Assembly (NCBI RefSeq): GCF_000012285.1
Contig: NC_007181.1
Span: forward strand, 180,001 to 212,000
Reading direction: 5' to 3'
Length of the DNA: 32,000 nt
Source: Sulfolobus acidocaldarius DSM 639
GTDB lineage: Archaea > Thermoproteota > Thermoprotei_A > Sulfolobales > Sulfolobaceae
Every line of letters begins with the position of its first letter. The first letter of the stretch is position 1. Shown piece by piece: positions 1 to 11,370 of this stretch. The position numbers and the translations under genes were made by a program. Under the pieces are notes generated by a model. That model was not told the DNA's origin and searched no databases. It saw nothing but the letters and a program-made list of their open reading frames with translations.

Positions 1-72
1 CTTGAGGTTAATGAGGAGAAATTGAATGATGATGAACTCTTGAGTAAGCACCTTGAAATCTATAATTCATGA
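1..72 (+). CDS. C-terminal end of a CDS entering from the left edge (…LEVNEEKLNDDELLSKHLEIYNS*)
   Basis: Frame 1 is open from base 1 to TGA at 70-72, with charged coding-like composition. It overlaps the end of the 60..1058 minus-strand ORF convergently by 13 bp. Confidence 0.45.
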   Translation, partial: LEVNEEKLNDDELLSKHLEIYNS

Positions 73-1058
73 GGCTCCTTACCTATTTTGAAATCAGTTA
101 CTCCATTAAATCTTCTCCAATAGTAATCACTGTCTTTCTCTCCTTCTAGAATGTATTTGACCAGCAGGTTTGCTATACCAGGACCTATTTCAGCCCCATA
201 GCCATCTAAACCACCCGCAAAGTATAACCTCTCAGTTATCTCACCATATATAGGTCTCATGTCAGGTGTACCTTCGCAGTAACCCTCTCCCCTATATATC
301 GGAAACAACTTACCTACTCTACTCTCCGCTTTTTCCACTGCTTTCTTATCGCCAATTTTCTTGTCAAACGGGGAGCACTCTATCACGTCACCATCTCCCA
401 CTATACTTAATGGAAGCCCTATTCCCATGAAAGGTCTTGAGTAATATCCTAGCTCGTAATCATAAATGAAAACTTTGTCCAATAGTGAATTTCTGTTTAG
501 GGTCAACCACGACCAACAATAGTAACTCTTAAGGGGAAGCCTCAAACCATTTATTGAAAGAGTATTCCAAGCACCAGCTGTCAGTATGAAAATATCATAT
601 CTTGATGTGACGTCATTATTGTCCAGTGTAACTCTCAACTTATTATCATTTACCTCAACTGATACATTTCCGCTGATCTTAGGAACACTGTCTATCAGCT
701 TTCTAATTTGAACCAAAGAGTCTGTTCCATAGCCTATTATGGCTTTATCCCTCAACCACTCAACGTACTTCTCTTCAACATTTAAGCCTAAACTTAACCA
801 TTTATTGACGACCTCGTTACTCACTTTTCCGAGTGTATAGGATGTAAAGGACTTGAGCGGAATATTGTGTTTTACGTAAAACTCCTTGGATAGTATAGAG
901 AGTTCAACATCCTTTCCAACCAACAACAAAGAGTGAATAAGCGTTGGCGGAAATTTCCTAAATCCGCTCTCTACTACAGATACCTCATGACCTCTCTCCT
1001 TAAGTAGGTGATATATAGAACTTCCTAGTATACCTTTGCCAATTACTAAGACTTTCAC
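60..1058 (-). CDS. FAD-dependent oxidoreductase (DAO-like)
   Basis: N-terminal Rossmann motif MKVLVIGKGILGSSIYHLLKERGHEVSVVE; C-terminal FAD-dependent oxidoreductase pattern TPDMRPIYGEITERLYFAGGLDGYGAEIGPGIA. Confidence 0.75.
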   Translation of the reverse strand: MKVLVIGKGILGSSIYHLLKERGHEVSVVESGFRKFPPTLIHSLLLVGKDVELSILSKEFYVKHNIPLKSFTSYTLGKVSNEVVNKWLSLGLNVEEKYVEWLRDKAIIGYGTDSLVQIRKLIDSVPKISGNVSVEVNDNKLRVTLDNNDVTSRYDIFILTAGAWNTLSINGLRLPLKSYYCWSWLTLNRNSLLDKVFIYDYELGYYSRPFMGIGLPLSIVGDGDVIECSPFDKKIGDKKAVEKAESRVGKLFPIYRGEGYCEGTPDMRPIYGEITERLYFAGGLDGYGAEIGPGIANLLVKYILEGEKDSDYYWRRFNGVTDFKIGKEPHEL

Positions 1059-1094
1059 TTAATCCTTAAAGCCTAATACACTAAAAAAATTATT

Positions 1095-1892
1095 GTGATC
1101 ACCGAGGGTTACTTCGTTAAGTACGATGGCGTTTATTGGGCTGTTAAAGGATGCTTTCATCCACAAGGTTATGTCGTAGGTATACCTAGGTTGTATAAAG
1201 GCGAGAAGATTAAGAGGTATAATGATGCCATGAATATCGTAAGAAGGGATTTTCCGCATTTACTACGATACGTTGAGGAGATAGGTGCCGAAGTTCCTTT
1301 AATACCCCTTAAGGGCTCTGAGGTGCTAGATCCTTTTGACCTCAAGAAGGTGACAGATCCTAAGGTTAAGTACTTTATATCACTATTCAGACATGTGGGA
1401 ATTACGGGAAGTTTACTCTATTTTAAAGGCAAGAACTTTAACGATATTGATTTACTTTCATTTGACATAGGGAACTATGAGATACTCAGGGAGCTCAGAA
1501 AAGCTGGGATAACTAAGTCACTGAGTTCCTTCAACCAAGGAGAGGTTGAAATATTAAACTCTCATGACTTTAATCTGCTAAAAAGGGAGAGGGTTTTGGA
1601 AGGCATATTTCATGATATCCCTTATACTTTTAAGATAGTTGAGTGTGAGGATTTCGGAAAAGTAAAAAGAGTGGAGAAATTTGAGGGGAAGGTAACTATA
1701 GACAAAACCTTGAAACCCTATTCTTTACCGGTAAAGTACCTAACTGATACCGGTCATGTTTTGACGTCTTTTAGGACAAGGTTCACAGAGTTAAAGGAAG
1801 GATTAGAGCTTTATGTGGATGGTTTCTTGCTAGAAAGAGATAAATTCAGTGATATTGATTTAGACATAGCCCGAAAGGTGGAAATTCTTTGA
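1095..1892 (+). CDS. Predicted archaeal nucleotidyltransferase-type protein (conserved)
   Basis: 265 aa ORF with GTG start; motifs [18 protein letters not shown] and [16 protein letters not shown]. Tightly packed with moaB downstream. Function is low certainty. Confidence 0.55.
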   Translation: MITEGYFVKYDGVYWAVKGCFHPQGYVVGIPRLYKGEKIKRYNDAMNIVRRDFPHLLRYVEEIGAEVPLIPLKGSEVLDPFDLKKVTDPKVKYFISLFRHVGITGSLLYFKGKNFNDIDLLSFDIGNYEILRELRKAGITKSLSSFNQGEVEILNSHDFNLLKRERVLEGIFHDIPYTFKIVECEDFGKVKRVEKFEGKVTIDKTLKPYSLPVKYLTDTGHVLTSFRTRFTELKEGLELYVDGFLLERDKFSDIDLDIARKVEIL

Positions 1893-2425
1893 CAGCACAT
1901 GAGAAACACAAGGAACACGCCCCTAAGGAAGTGAGGTTTTACGTGATTACGATAAGTACTTCACGATACGAGAAATTCATAAAGAGAGAGACTATTGTGG
2001 ATGAGTCTGGAGATGCCATAAAGGAATCAATTATAAGTGAAGGCTATAAGGTAGTAGGGTATACATTGATACCCGACAACAAGATAAAAATACTTAGAGC
2101 TTTTTCTGAAGCACTTGATAATCCAGATGTGGACGTCATAATTTCAACTGGAGGCACAGGCTACTCTACAACAGATGTCACGGTTGAAACAATAAGAAAA
2201 ATATTTGACAGGGAGATTGAAGGATATGGCGATGTATTTAGGATGGTAAGTTATAATGATCCTAAAGTTAGGTCAGCGTCTTACCTATCCAAATCGACTG
2301 CAGGGATTATAGGCGATAAAGTTGTTTTCCTCCTACCGGGGTCACCAGACGCTGTGAAATTAGCAATGAAGGAGCTTATTCTACCGGAGATCGGTCATTT
2401 ACTCTACTTAGTGAGAGGGAAATGA
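1889..2425 (+). CDS. moaB: Molybdenum cofactor biosynthesis protein MoaB
   Basis: MoaB/MogA motifs: [21 protein letters not shown] and [25 protein letters not shown]. Start overlaps the previous stop (TTGA). Confidence 0.85.
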   Translation: MTAHEKHKEHAPKEVRFYVITISTSRYEKFIKRETIVDESGDAIKESIISEGYKVVGYTLIPDNKIKILRAFSEALDNPDVDVIISTGGTGYSTTDVTVETIRKIFDREIEGYGDVFRMVSYNDPKVRSASYLSKSTAGIIGDKVVFLLPGSPDAVKLAMKELILPEIGHLLYLVRGK

Positions 2426-2907
2426 GACTTTACGCCCACTACGTGTTTACTATAGGTGTGCTTGTGTTCATAAATTCGTTTCTTGTGACCCCATTATCCC
2501 CTCCTAATTATTATGACAGTTTGTTTTATGGCGGTTTACTTTCAGTCTTTTCAAATACTCTTATTGATAGGTTGGGGCATGAAATACGGGGTAAATACAT
2601 CTCTAGGACTCCCACTACCCACACTTTTCCGAGGTCTATGCTTTGGAGCTTGCTTGTAAGTGTTTTACTCTCTTTCCTATTCTTTTACGTTAGGCATACT
2701 ATCCCTTACTATCTGCTTATTGATGGTGTTATTGCTGGTCCTTCCCACATGGTCTTAGATATCTTCACAGAGAGGGGTATTTACGTGAAGAGGAATGGGA
2801 GGTGGAAGAGGTTTGCGTTAGCCCACTTTAGGTATAATAATCCAGCTGTTAATGGGTTGGCTGTGTTGCTTGGCTTACTTATGATGCTAGTTCCATTATA
2901 TTTGTAA
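2422..2907 (+). CDS. Membrane protein, DUF1286-like
   Basis: 161 aa with several hydrophobic helices; ATGA overlap with moaB; resembles the Sulfolobales DUF1286 family (recalled). Confidence 0.6.
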   Translation: MRLYAHYVFTIGVLVFINSFLVTPLSPPNYYDSLFYGGLLSVFSNTLIDRLGHEIRGKYISRTPTTHTFPRSMLWSLLVSVLLSFLFFYVRHTIPYYLLIDGVIAGPSHMVLDIFTERGIYVKRNGRWKRFALAHFRYNNPAVNGLAVLLGLLMMLVPLYL

Positions 2908-3418
2908 TATTGTCATAGTTGTGTTATTAAAGATAATAAAGTGAAAGAGGATGTTAAAGCTATGTGTAAGTGGTATCTAAGTAATAAACTATACAGACAA
3001 GGGTGTTTACCTGGTAGCCTCAGTTGGTGATAGGAATGAGAAGGCGTTCAAGGAGGCTAAAGCCCAGAGGACTGTAGGTGGGTTATTGATGATTACTACG
3101 TGATTTCTGATCGAGAAAAAACACAGTAATAAACCCAGTAGTATCAAATGAGAATATATACTAGTCAACGAGACTAGTTGGCTTGGAGAGGTCTACAAAG
3201 GCGGTGAATAAAATAGAAATACTAAAGTATACAGTCCCATGTTACGCGTTTAAAATGGGATTACAACCAAAATTTGCACCTTCATAACGGGATTATATCC
3301 ACACATAAATCAGTAGATTAAACCTCCTTCAAAGGGAGAAGATAGTACCCTTAGAAATTTGTGAGACTACTTACCAAAAAGAAGAGGGTTGTCTCTATAT
3401 TAGACCTATGATTAGTGG

Positions 3419-3790
3419 TTATGTTAGATACTTGTTTAATATATCTATTATTTCATGAACGCTTTTGGATAATTTCTTCGCTTCGTAATAGTCGAGTTTC
3501 ATCTCATGAAATCCATAAATGTGTAGATACCACGCATCAACCCATATTACATACATCTCTGGAGAGATCCTTCTTGCAGCATCAAATAATAAGGAAGAGG
3601 TCCACCTCCTATTAACCTTCACTTTTTCTATTATGTCTTTTAGGTTTAGTGTTTTCACTAGTAGTTTTATTGCCTCTTCTGCTGCTTTGTAATATTTCTC
3701 TGAGGCTTGTACAATGTCTCCCTTCTCTAACAACTCATCAGCTTCCCTAATCCACTCTAAAATTAGCGATCTTATCTGAGAGCTCGACAA
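3419..3790 (-). CDS. PaREP1-family-like protein, copy 2
   Basis: Contains EADELLEKGDIVQASEKYYKAAEEAIKLLVKTLNLKDIIEKVK, typical of the PaREP1/HEPN-like helical family. Starts inside the end of the upstream paralogue. Confidence 0.6.
   Translation of the reverse strand: MSSSQIRSLILEWIREADELLEKGDIVQASEKYYKAAEEAIKLLVKTLNLKDIIEKVKVNRRWTSSLLFDAARRISPEMYVIWVDAWYLHIYGFHEMKLDYYEAKKLSKSVHEIIDILNKYLT
3618..3751. repeat. 134-bp perfect direct repeat, copy A (partner 3958-4091)
   Basis: Aligned by eye, ttcactttttctattatgtcttttagg…cagcttccctaat is identical at offset +340, with mismatches immediately outside both ends. Confidence 0.95.
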
Positions 3791-4133
3791 GCCTTTTCAC
3801 TTTTTCAGCTTCTATAACTAGAACGTCTTTGGGTAGATTCACAGTTAGAATTACTATCGCAGACTTCCATAGATCAATGATTTCCTCATCGCTTAATCTT
3901 TTAGCTATCTCGGTCACAGCATCGTGTAAAACTCCCAAACTCCAATACCCTTCCTCTTTCACTTTTTCTATTATGTCTTTTAGGTTTAGTGTTTTCACTA
4001 GTAGTTTTATTGCCTCTTCTGCTGCTTTGTAATATTTCTCTGAGGCTTGTACAATGTCTCCCTTCTCTAACAACTCATCAGCTTCCCTAATTAAAACATC
4101 TGAGGCAGATAGTAGATTTATACTTTCCATCAA
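3747..4133 (-). CDS. PaREP1-family-like protein, copy 1
   Basis: 128 aa; shares the identical 43-residue core with the downstream ORF. Confidence 0.65.
   Translation of the reverse strand: MMESINLLSASDVLIREADELLEKGDIVQASEKYYKAAEEAIKLLVKTLNLKDIIEKVKEEGYWSLGVLHDAVTEIAKRLSDEEIIDLWKSAIVILTVNLPKDVLVIEAEKVKRLVELSDKIANFRVD
3958..4091. repeat. 134-bp perfect direct repeat, copy B
   Basis: Same 134 nt as 3618-3751. Confidence 0.95.
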
Positions 4134-4990
4134 AATAAATATGGAATATACCTAAATAAATCCAAATCAAAACCGGTAGAGTGGGGCGAAAAAGGATTTA
4201 ATAATTCTGTCTCCTCCTTGCCTTGAGTGACGAGGGTTCTATTGAGGGTTTATTGGTTACTCTAATTGACTTGAAGCTGTATGGATTATTTGAGGTAAAA
4301 CGGAGAGATCCATCTTACTGCTTTGCAAACTTTCAGTATAGTGTTGTTATGTGAATAAAAAGTATCATAGTAAAAGTCTTCATTCTATATAAATCAATTT
4401 ATATTCTCATGAACGGATAATTAACCAAGATAATATCCCTGCGTGTTTCTTTTCAACGTAAAACGACTCCTCAAATTTTAGCTCTGAGATTGTACTACAA
4501 CTTCTTCTATATAGGCGAACTTTTCTCGTTCTATTGTTGTGATGTTAAAGACAATAAACTATAAAATAGAAAGTTTTCAAAAATGTTTTAAAACGAAATT
4601 ACGGATAGAGTCTGGGAAATTAGGGAAGATTATTCATATTGTCCCAATGGTTCTCAAGATTATTCTCCTGCCAGATCCAACCTAATTAAGGTTTTTCTAT
4701 TTTTGAATAACTTCCTCTTACCATGAAGGGTAATGTTTAAAAATCATCCAGTTTCTTGCTAGTTCATACTAAACCCCCAGAATAATTACCTAAAATATAA
4801 ACAAGGTCTCATAACTATACTTTGATAATCAAAACAGGGAAAAGTCCATAAAGCTGTAAAGCTTGCTGGAAACTTTGTATTCTTGTATCCTCTCACTCAT
4901 CTCTTATATATTTACTTCTGTTCATATATTATGTAAGCTTATACATTGGTTAAAAAATTTTTATTTCTTGAGTATCTCTAAGGGTAATAA

Positions 4991-5000
4991 GTATTTAAAG
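4991..5000 (+). promoter_or_regulatory. Candidate archaeal TATA box (gtaTTTAAAg)
   Basis: TATA-like element upstream of the small-ORF region; no experimental support. Confidence 0.3.
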
Positions 5001-5092
5001 AATCCAGCATATGGTAGATGAAATAAACATTTTTCATGGATTGCGACCGAAAAGAAAAAAAGTTGTTTAACGTATTATTTTATTGAACTAAC

Positions 5093-5272
5093 ATGGTTTT
5101 CACACTTAAAGATCTAAGGCACAAGACTGTAAGTTTAGGCTTAATCATTTTTGTATTAACAAGCATATTTTTTCCCTATTTAAGTTATGTGAACGTAATC
5201 GGCTCGACCTCGAAGGACAAAAGTGGTTTACTCTATCAAACTACTAGACATCAGATCATTGGTGGTGTGTAG
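5093..5272 (+). CDS. Small ORF, 59 aa, signal-peptide-like: MVFTLKDLRHKTVSLGLIIFVLTSIFFPYLSYVNVIGSTSKDKSGLLYQTTRHQIIGGV*
   Basis: Positively charged N-terminus, strong hydrophobic stretch, then a polar region. Not in the supplied ORF track because of the length cutoff. Confidence 0.45.
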   Translation: MVFTLKDLRHKTVSLGLIIFVLTSIFFPYLSYVNVIGSTSKDKSGLLYQTTRHQIIGGV

Positions 5273-5364
5273 GATGCATAGCAGCAGGAATAGTAGGCTG
5301 CCTAATATGTATATCACATGTCGGTTTGCTAACCACTGAATGCTATGAAGCGGCCACTGTTTAG
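5248..5364 (+). pseudogene. Cys-rich hydrophobic open frame lacking a start: TSDHWWCVGCIAAGIVGCLICISHVGLLTTECYEAATV*
   Basis: Open between TAG 5245-5247 and TAG 5362-5364 in a different frame from ORF 5093-5272. Carries CxxC…CxxC…C spacing and no ATG/GTG. Likely the 3' part of a frameshifted peptide precursor. Confidence 0.35.
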
Positions 5365-5410
5365 GATTGTGGTGAGATTTAAATGAAACAATAAAAAATT
5401 TAAAAGAGGG

Positions 5411-5533
5411 ATGAGGATGACAGAGAACCCAATTATTGTGAGAGCAAGAAGGATATCATTTATTCTCTCTTTAATTTACCCTCTATTAGGAGTATATATT
5501 GGTATAAGTGACTTCCTTTTACTTAAAGAGTAA
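5411..5533 (+). CDS. Small membrane-type ORF, 40 aa: MRMTENPIIVRARRISFILSLIYPLLGVYIGISDFLLLKE*
   Basis: One clear hydrophobic helix. A GAGG lies just upstream of the alternative ATG at 5417. Confidence 0.35.
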   Translation: MRMTENPIIVRARRISFILSLIYPLLGVYIGISDFLLLKE

Positions 5534-5604
5534 CACAAATGATATATACATCGCAAAGTCTCTTGCCGTAATAGACGTAGGCCGCATATCATTTATAGAG
5601 TTAT

Positions 5605-5766
5605 ATGTGTAAAAGCTTACAAAGGGCTAGTAACGTCGAGAGACTAGATTATAGGTTTTTAAGCGATTACGTAAGGCTAGCGTTGAGGAGAGCATATTTA
5701 TTACCTTATGCGGAATTTATGTTCTTATTTTTATGTTTAAATCATAGAATTTCATCTATATCCTAA
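5605..5766 (+). CDS. Small ORF, 53 aa: MCKSLQRASNVERLDYRFLSDYVRLALRRAYLLPYAEFMFLFLCLNHRISSIS*
   Basis: Basic N-terminal half and hydrophobic C-terminal half; coding status uncertain. Confidence 0.25.
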   Translation: MCKSLQRASNVERLDYRFLSDYVRLALRRAYLLPYAEFMFLFLCLNHRISSIS

Positions 5767-5785
5767 GACATTTTCATATCTTCTT

Positions 5786-5905
5786 ATGATACTCTTTGCA
5801 GGAGTAGCCATATTCGGTGGGTTTAAGATCTATCAATATATCAAGAATTTAGTGAACGTGCTCGGTTGCAATGAGCGGAGAAGAAGAAGGGAAAGGCTAT
5901 ATTAA
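5786..5905 (+). CDS. Small ORF, 39 aa: MILFAGVAIFGGFKIYQYIKNLVNVLGCNERRRRRERLY*
   Basis: Hydrophobic N-terminus and Arg-rich C-terminal tail; coding status uncertain. Confidence 0.25.
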   Translation: MILFAGVAIFGGFKIYQYIKNLVNVLGCNERRRRRERLY

Positions 5906-6299
5906 GAAAGATTAGCTTCGCTGTAATTCTCTCGCGTAGAATCTAAAATTTACCTTACAACTCTGATGATTGAAATCCTCGTTTTAGGATTAGAGCGTAT
6001 AAAATTGGTATAAGAAGTCACAAAGGCGATAAACCTTGGATTGGGTTGTATATAGGCTTTGAGATCTACTCAAATATCACTATCTATTAGATTGGGTCGG
6101 TTGTTATCTTTTAGTTAATGAGCGTGTAAAGCCTATAATAAGAAAACTATTCTCAGCAAAATTTCATGTACTGACATGGAGGAGATAATTACGTGAATTG
6201 TAGTAAAAAGTTAACAAACTTTCTAAGATAGTCAGCCTTAAACTCAATCATCTATTTTTTATAGTAAGCTTTTATTATTTAGTTACAACTACTCTTTTT

Positions 6300-8112
<1,813 letters not shown>

Positions 8113-8140
8113 AAAATCAGCATATTATATTATAACCAGT

Positions 8141-9664
8141 ATGGTAAAGTTAAATGAATTATCTAAAGAGTTTCAAGACCTCTACACAATTGACTCAGAT
8201 GGCGTACCTCATTTTAAGACTTTTTTAGCAGGTACTTGGGCATCTTCAAAGGACTTTGAAAACGTGAAGAGCCCAATAGATCTAGAGGTGTACGCAAGAG
8301 TTCCTAGGCTCAACTACGAAATGATAGACTCTGTCATAGCAAATATACACTATAAAGGGAGATGGGAAATTAGGGACATTCCAGGGGAGAAAAGGCTAAA
8401 ATTGTACGATAGAATTGCAAACCTCTTGGATAAGTACAGGGAAGATTTCATCCAAGTATTAGTAGTAGGAAACGGCAAAACGGTATCTTCTGCTAGGGGA
8501 GAGGTAAATGCGTCAATTGAGAGACTTTTAAGGGCTGACCTGGACGTGAGAAAGCTTTATGGCGAGTACGTTCCAGGCGACTGGAGTAGTGAGAGCTTAG
8601 AGTCTGAGGCTATAATAAGGAGGGAACCATTGGGAATTGTATTGGCTATAACCCCATTTAATTACCCACTTTTCGATGTGGTGAACAAGTTTGTGTACTC
8701 AACTGTAGCAGGGAACGCTTTCGTACTAAAACCGGCTATCTCAACTCCTATTCCTGCTATAATGTTTGCAAAGCTGGCTGAAATTGCAGGATTTCCAAAG
8801 AATGCTTTGGCAGTGATAACCCTGCCAGGGAAGGAAATGGACAAGGTGATCCAAGATAAGAGGTTAAGCGTCATCTCCATAACAGGAAGCACTGAGACTG
8901 GGGAGCACATTATGAAGGTTGGAGGCATAAAACAATACATAATGGAGCTAGGGGGTGGAGATTCCGTAATAGTTATGAGAGACGCAGACATAGCTTCTAC
9001 AGCCCAAAAGATCGTAACAGGAATAACTAGTTATTCAGGACAAAGATGTGACTCCATAAAATTCATCTTCGCAGAGAGTGAAATATACGAAAAACTAAAA
9101 TCGGCTCTAATAGAAGAATTAAAGAAAATTAAAGTTGGGGATCCTAGAGATCCAAATGTAAATATGGGTCCAATTATTGATTCGAAAACTGTGGATGAGT
9201 TCGAGTTCTCTTTGAAAGACGTGGTCGAGAAGGGAGGAGTAATCCTTTATGGGGGTAAAAGACTGGGTCCCACATATATAGAACCAACTCTTGTAGAGGC
9301 TGATAAAAGTAAGGTGAAAGACCTCTATCTATATAAGAAAGAAGTTTTCCTTTCTATAGCTGTCTTAGTAAAGGTAAATGATATCTCCGAGGCAATAAGT
9401 TTATCTAACGAGAGAAGGTACGGGTTAGACGCAGCAATATTTGGTAGTGACATAAACGAGATAAGGAGAGCAATAAGGTTCTTGGAAGTAGGTGCAGTGT
9501 ATATTAATGATTTCCCTAGGCACGGTATAGGTTACTTCCCGTTCGGTGGACGCAAGGATTCCGGAATAGGAAGAGAGGGAATAGGTTACACGATTGAGGA
9601 TGTAACTACGTATAAGACTATAGTGTATAATTATAGAGGGAAAGGCATATGGGAGTATTTATAG
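8141..9664 (+). CDS. gapN: Non-phosphorylating glyceraldehyde-3-phosphate / aldehyde dehydrogenase
   Basis: ALDH motifs: [42 protein letters not shown], catalytic Cys region [14 protein letters not shown]. Downstream of kdgK. Confidence 0.92.
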   Translation: MVKLNELSKEFQDLYTIDSDGVPHFKTFLAGTWASSKDFENVKSPIDLEVYARVPRLNYEMIDSVIANIHYKGRWEIRDIPGEKRLKLYDRIANLLDKYREDFIQVLVVGNGKTVSSARGEVNASIERLLRADLDVRKLYGEYVPGDWSSESLESEAIIRREPLGIVLAITPFNYPLFDVVNKFVYSTVAGNAFVLKPAISTPIPAIMFAKLAEIAGFPKNALAVITLPGKEMDKVIQDKRLSVISITGSTETGEHIMKVGGIKQYIMELGGGDSVIVMRDADIASTAQKIVTGITSYSGQRCDSIKFIFAESEIYEKLKSALIEELKKIKVGDPRDPNVNMGPIIDSKTVDEFEFSLKDVVEKGGVILYGGKRLGPTYIEPTLVEADKSKVKDLYLYKKEVFLSIAVLVKVNDISEAISLSNERRYGLDAAIFGSDINEIRRAIRFLEVGAVYINDFPRHGIGYFPFGGRKDSGIGREGIGYTIEDVTTYKTIVYNYRGKGIWEYL

Positions 9665-9726
9665 ACACAGAATAAGAACCTGCTAAGAAAGTATTAGTTT
9701 AACAGATGATTTTTTAGTGTAATCTA

Positions 9727-10044
9727 TTAACCCTTCTTACTTGGCAAGGTTGGAATAAAGGGCTCACCAGAGAACTCCAACTTGTCCGTAATCTTGACCT
9801 GAATTAACCTGCAGTTACTTCCACAACTTGTCTTTGACTCTGGTTCCTTAAGCATTTCTCCCGTAATAAGGCTGAAAACAGCATAATGGAATGGACACTT
9901 TATCTTATCATCAAATATTTCAACGCCTTTTTCAAGAATAGGTCTTCTCTTGTGAGGGCACCCAGCTAACCAAGTATAAGTTTTACCATCCTTTCTATAA
10001 ATCATTATAGGGTAACCCTCTATTTCTTTAACTTCAATACTCAT
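9727..10044 (-). CDS. Rieske-type [2Fe-2S] ferredoxin-like protein
   Basis: Rieske ligand motifs CPHKRRPI and CPFHYAVFSLITG. Confidence 0.85.
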   Translation of the reverse strand: MSIEVKEIEGYPIMIYRKDGKTYTWLAGCPHKRRPILEKGVEIFDDKIKCPFHYAVFSLITGEMLKEPESKTSCGSNCRLIQVKITDKLEFSGEPFIPTLPSKKG

Positions 10045-10497
10045 GACATATAGATGCTATGTGTGATCTTAAAAGATTTACAAGTCACCATCTCCATAAA
10101 CTGGTGTTAATCATGGTGAGGAATAAAGAGAACCTTGAAAAGGCTAATCTGACAACAGCCCAATTTCCTGTTTTACTATATCAAGAACAAATTTATAATG
10201 TTAAATTCTGACTTCTTACCTGATTAAATAAGGATTTAAAAGCAAAATTTTTTATTTTTAAAACTGTTATATAAGACTGGAGGAGTAGTTTTTCTTATTA
10301 TCCCCTCTGTTAAATTAGATTATTTACACCTTAATTTATTATCTTTCCAGGAAATTCTGGTGAAAAATACATTACAAGTAAATTTGTAGTACATAGTATT
10401 TTGGAGGTGAAAGATTTACTCAGGGTAACTGAATATGTAAGTCAACAGTTAATCCTAAACGAAGATTACGTATTTTACCCTCCAAAGGGATAAGAAA

Positions 10498-11061
10498 ATG
10501 AATATTAGGGATGTTTTAACCGGTCTAGTTAACCATTTGACTGTAGAGGATAGAAAAATAAGATCATATTTACCTTTAAATGGAAACGAGGCTGTTGAAG
10601 TTGAGCCCACCCTTAAGGACTTGGGATTCGTCTCATGTACTTTTATGTTTAAGGAGGCTAAACGATACATAAAACTGATAGACACGACCAAGAGGGTCTC
10701 TGCATTGTTAAATGAAAGATTTTTATCAATTAGTTTCTATAATGCAGTAAAACCTAAGGACAAGGTAGTAGGCAATATAGTAGATGCGCTAAATGAAATA
10801 GAGGGCTCCAGGATAGGTACAAGGGTGGTTGTACCCAGTGTAACGCAGGAATTCGATAGATCTGAAGTGTTGATTTTATTGCAAAGCTATGGTTATAGGA
10901 TAGTTAAGGATCATAAGTTCGATTTAATAAATATTTTGAAGGTGAAGAGGTTGAATGTGGTCTTGACTGTCTTTGTGGAAGGAGATGAGAGAGGAGATAA
11001 GCTATTTATAGTTGATTCTACAGTCAGTTCATTAAATCAAATGAATGTAGCGTATCTTTAG
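10498..11061 (+). CDS. Hypothetical protein (187 aa)
   Basis: Long ORF with normal composition; no family recognised. Confidence 0.6.
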   Translation: MNIRDVLTGLVNHLTVEDRKIRSYLPLNGNEAVEVEPTLKDLGFVSCTFMFKEAKRYIKLIDTTKRVSALLNERFLSISFYNAVKPKDKVVGNIVDALNEIEGSRIGTRVVVPSVTQEFDRSEVLILLQSYGYRIVKDHKFDLINILKVKRLNVVLTVFVEGDERGDKLFIVDSTVSSLNQMNVAYL

Positions 11062-11226
11062 AATGGCTTTAGGAGGCTTTCGATTATGATAATTCCCTTA
11101 CTTCCTCTAAGTCTTGAGTGGTAATTTTGGAAACAATGTTTTATGAAGTTGAGGACGAACTCAAATCAAGAATTATATCTCAAATATTAAGCTAGTTTTA
11201 TAAATTTCTCAGGTTTAGAGTAATAT

Positions 11227-11370
11227 ATGAATCCCTTTCCATTACTACTGACATTTATGTTGTATTTAAGACCTGTAGTTGGAGATTTCGGTATAATATT
11301 CCTGTTTCTCTCATTTCTAGCATCACTTATCCTCTTGTTTTTATCATCTATTTTAGCCATTATCATTTAA
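11227..11370 (+). CDS. Small, very hydrophobic ORF, 47 aa: MNPFPLLLTFMLYLRPVVGDFGIIFLFLSFLASLILLFLSSILAIII*
   Basis: Absent from the track (length cutoff). A TATA-like ttTTATAAAttt lies about 26 nt upstream of the ATG. Confidence 0.4.
   Translation: MNPFPLLLTFMLYLRPVVGDFGIIFLFLSFLASLILLFLSSILAIII

Noticed and set aside
1059-1259. 66 aa minus-strand ORF in the track
   Set aside because: Mostly overlaps the 265-aa ORF 1095..1892 on the opposite strand; composition not convincing.
3090-3120. C/D-box-like TGATGA…CTGA near 3088-3110
   Set aside because: C box is imperfect, spacing is too short and no C'/D' pair was found; not supportable as an sRNA.
3160-3178. ACTAGTC-AACGA-GACTAGT hairpin
   Set aside because: Only a 7-bp stem in AT-rich DNA; no tract or gene context supporting a terminator or recombination site.
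10407-10493. 28-codon GTG ORF (VKDLLRVTEYVSQQLILNEDYVFYPPKG*) just upstream of 10498
   Set aside because: No spaced SD, no clear start, too short to support as a gene.
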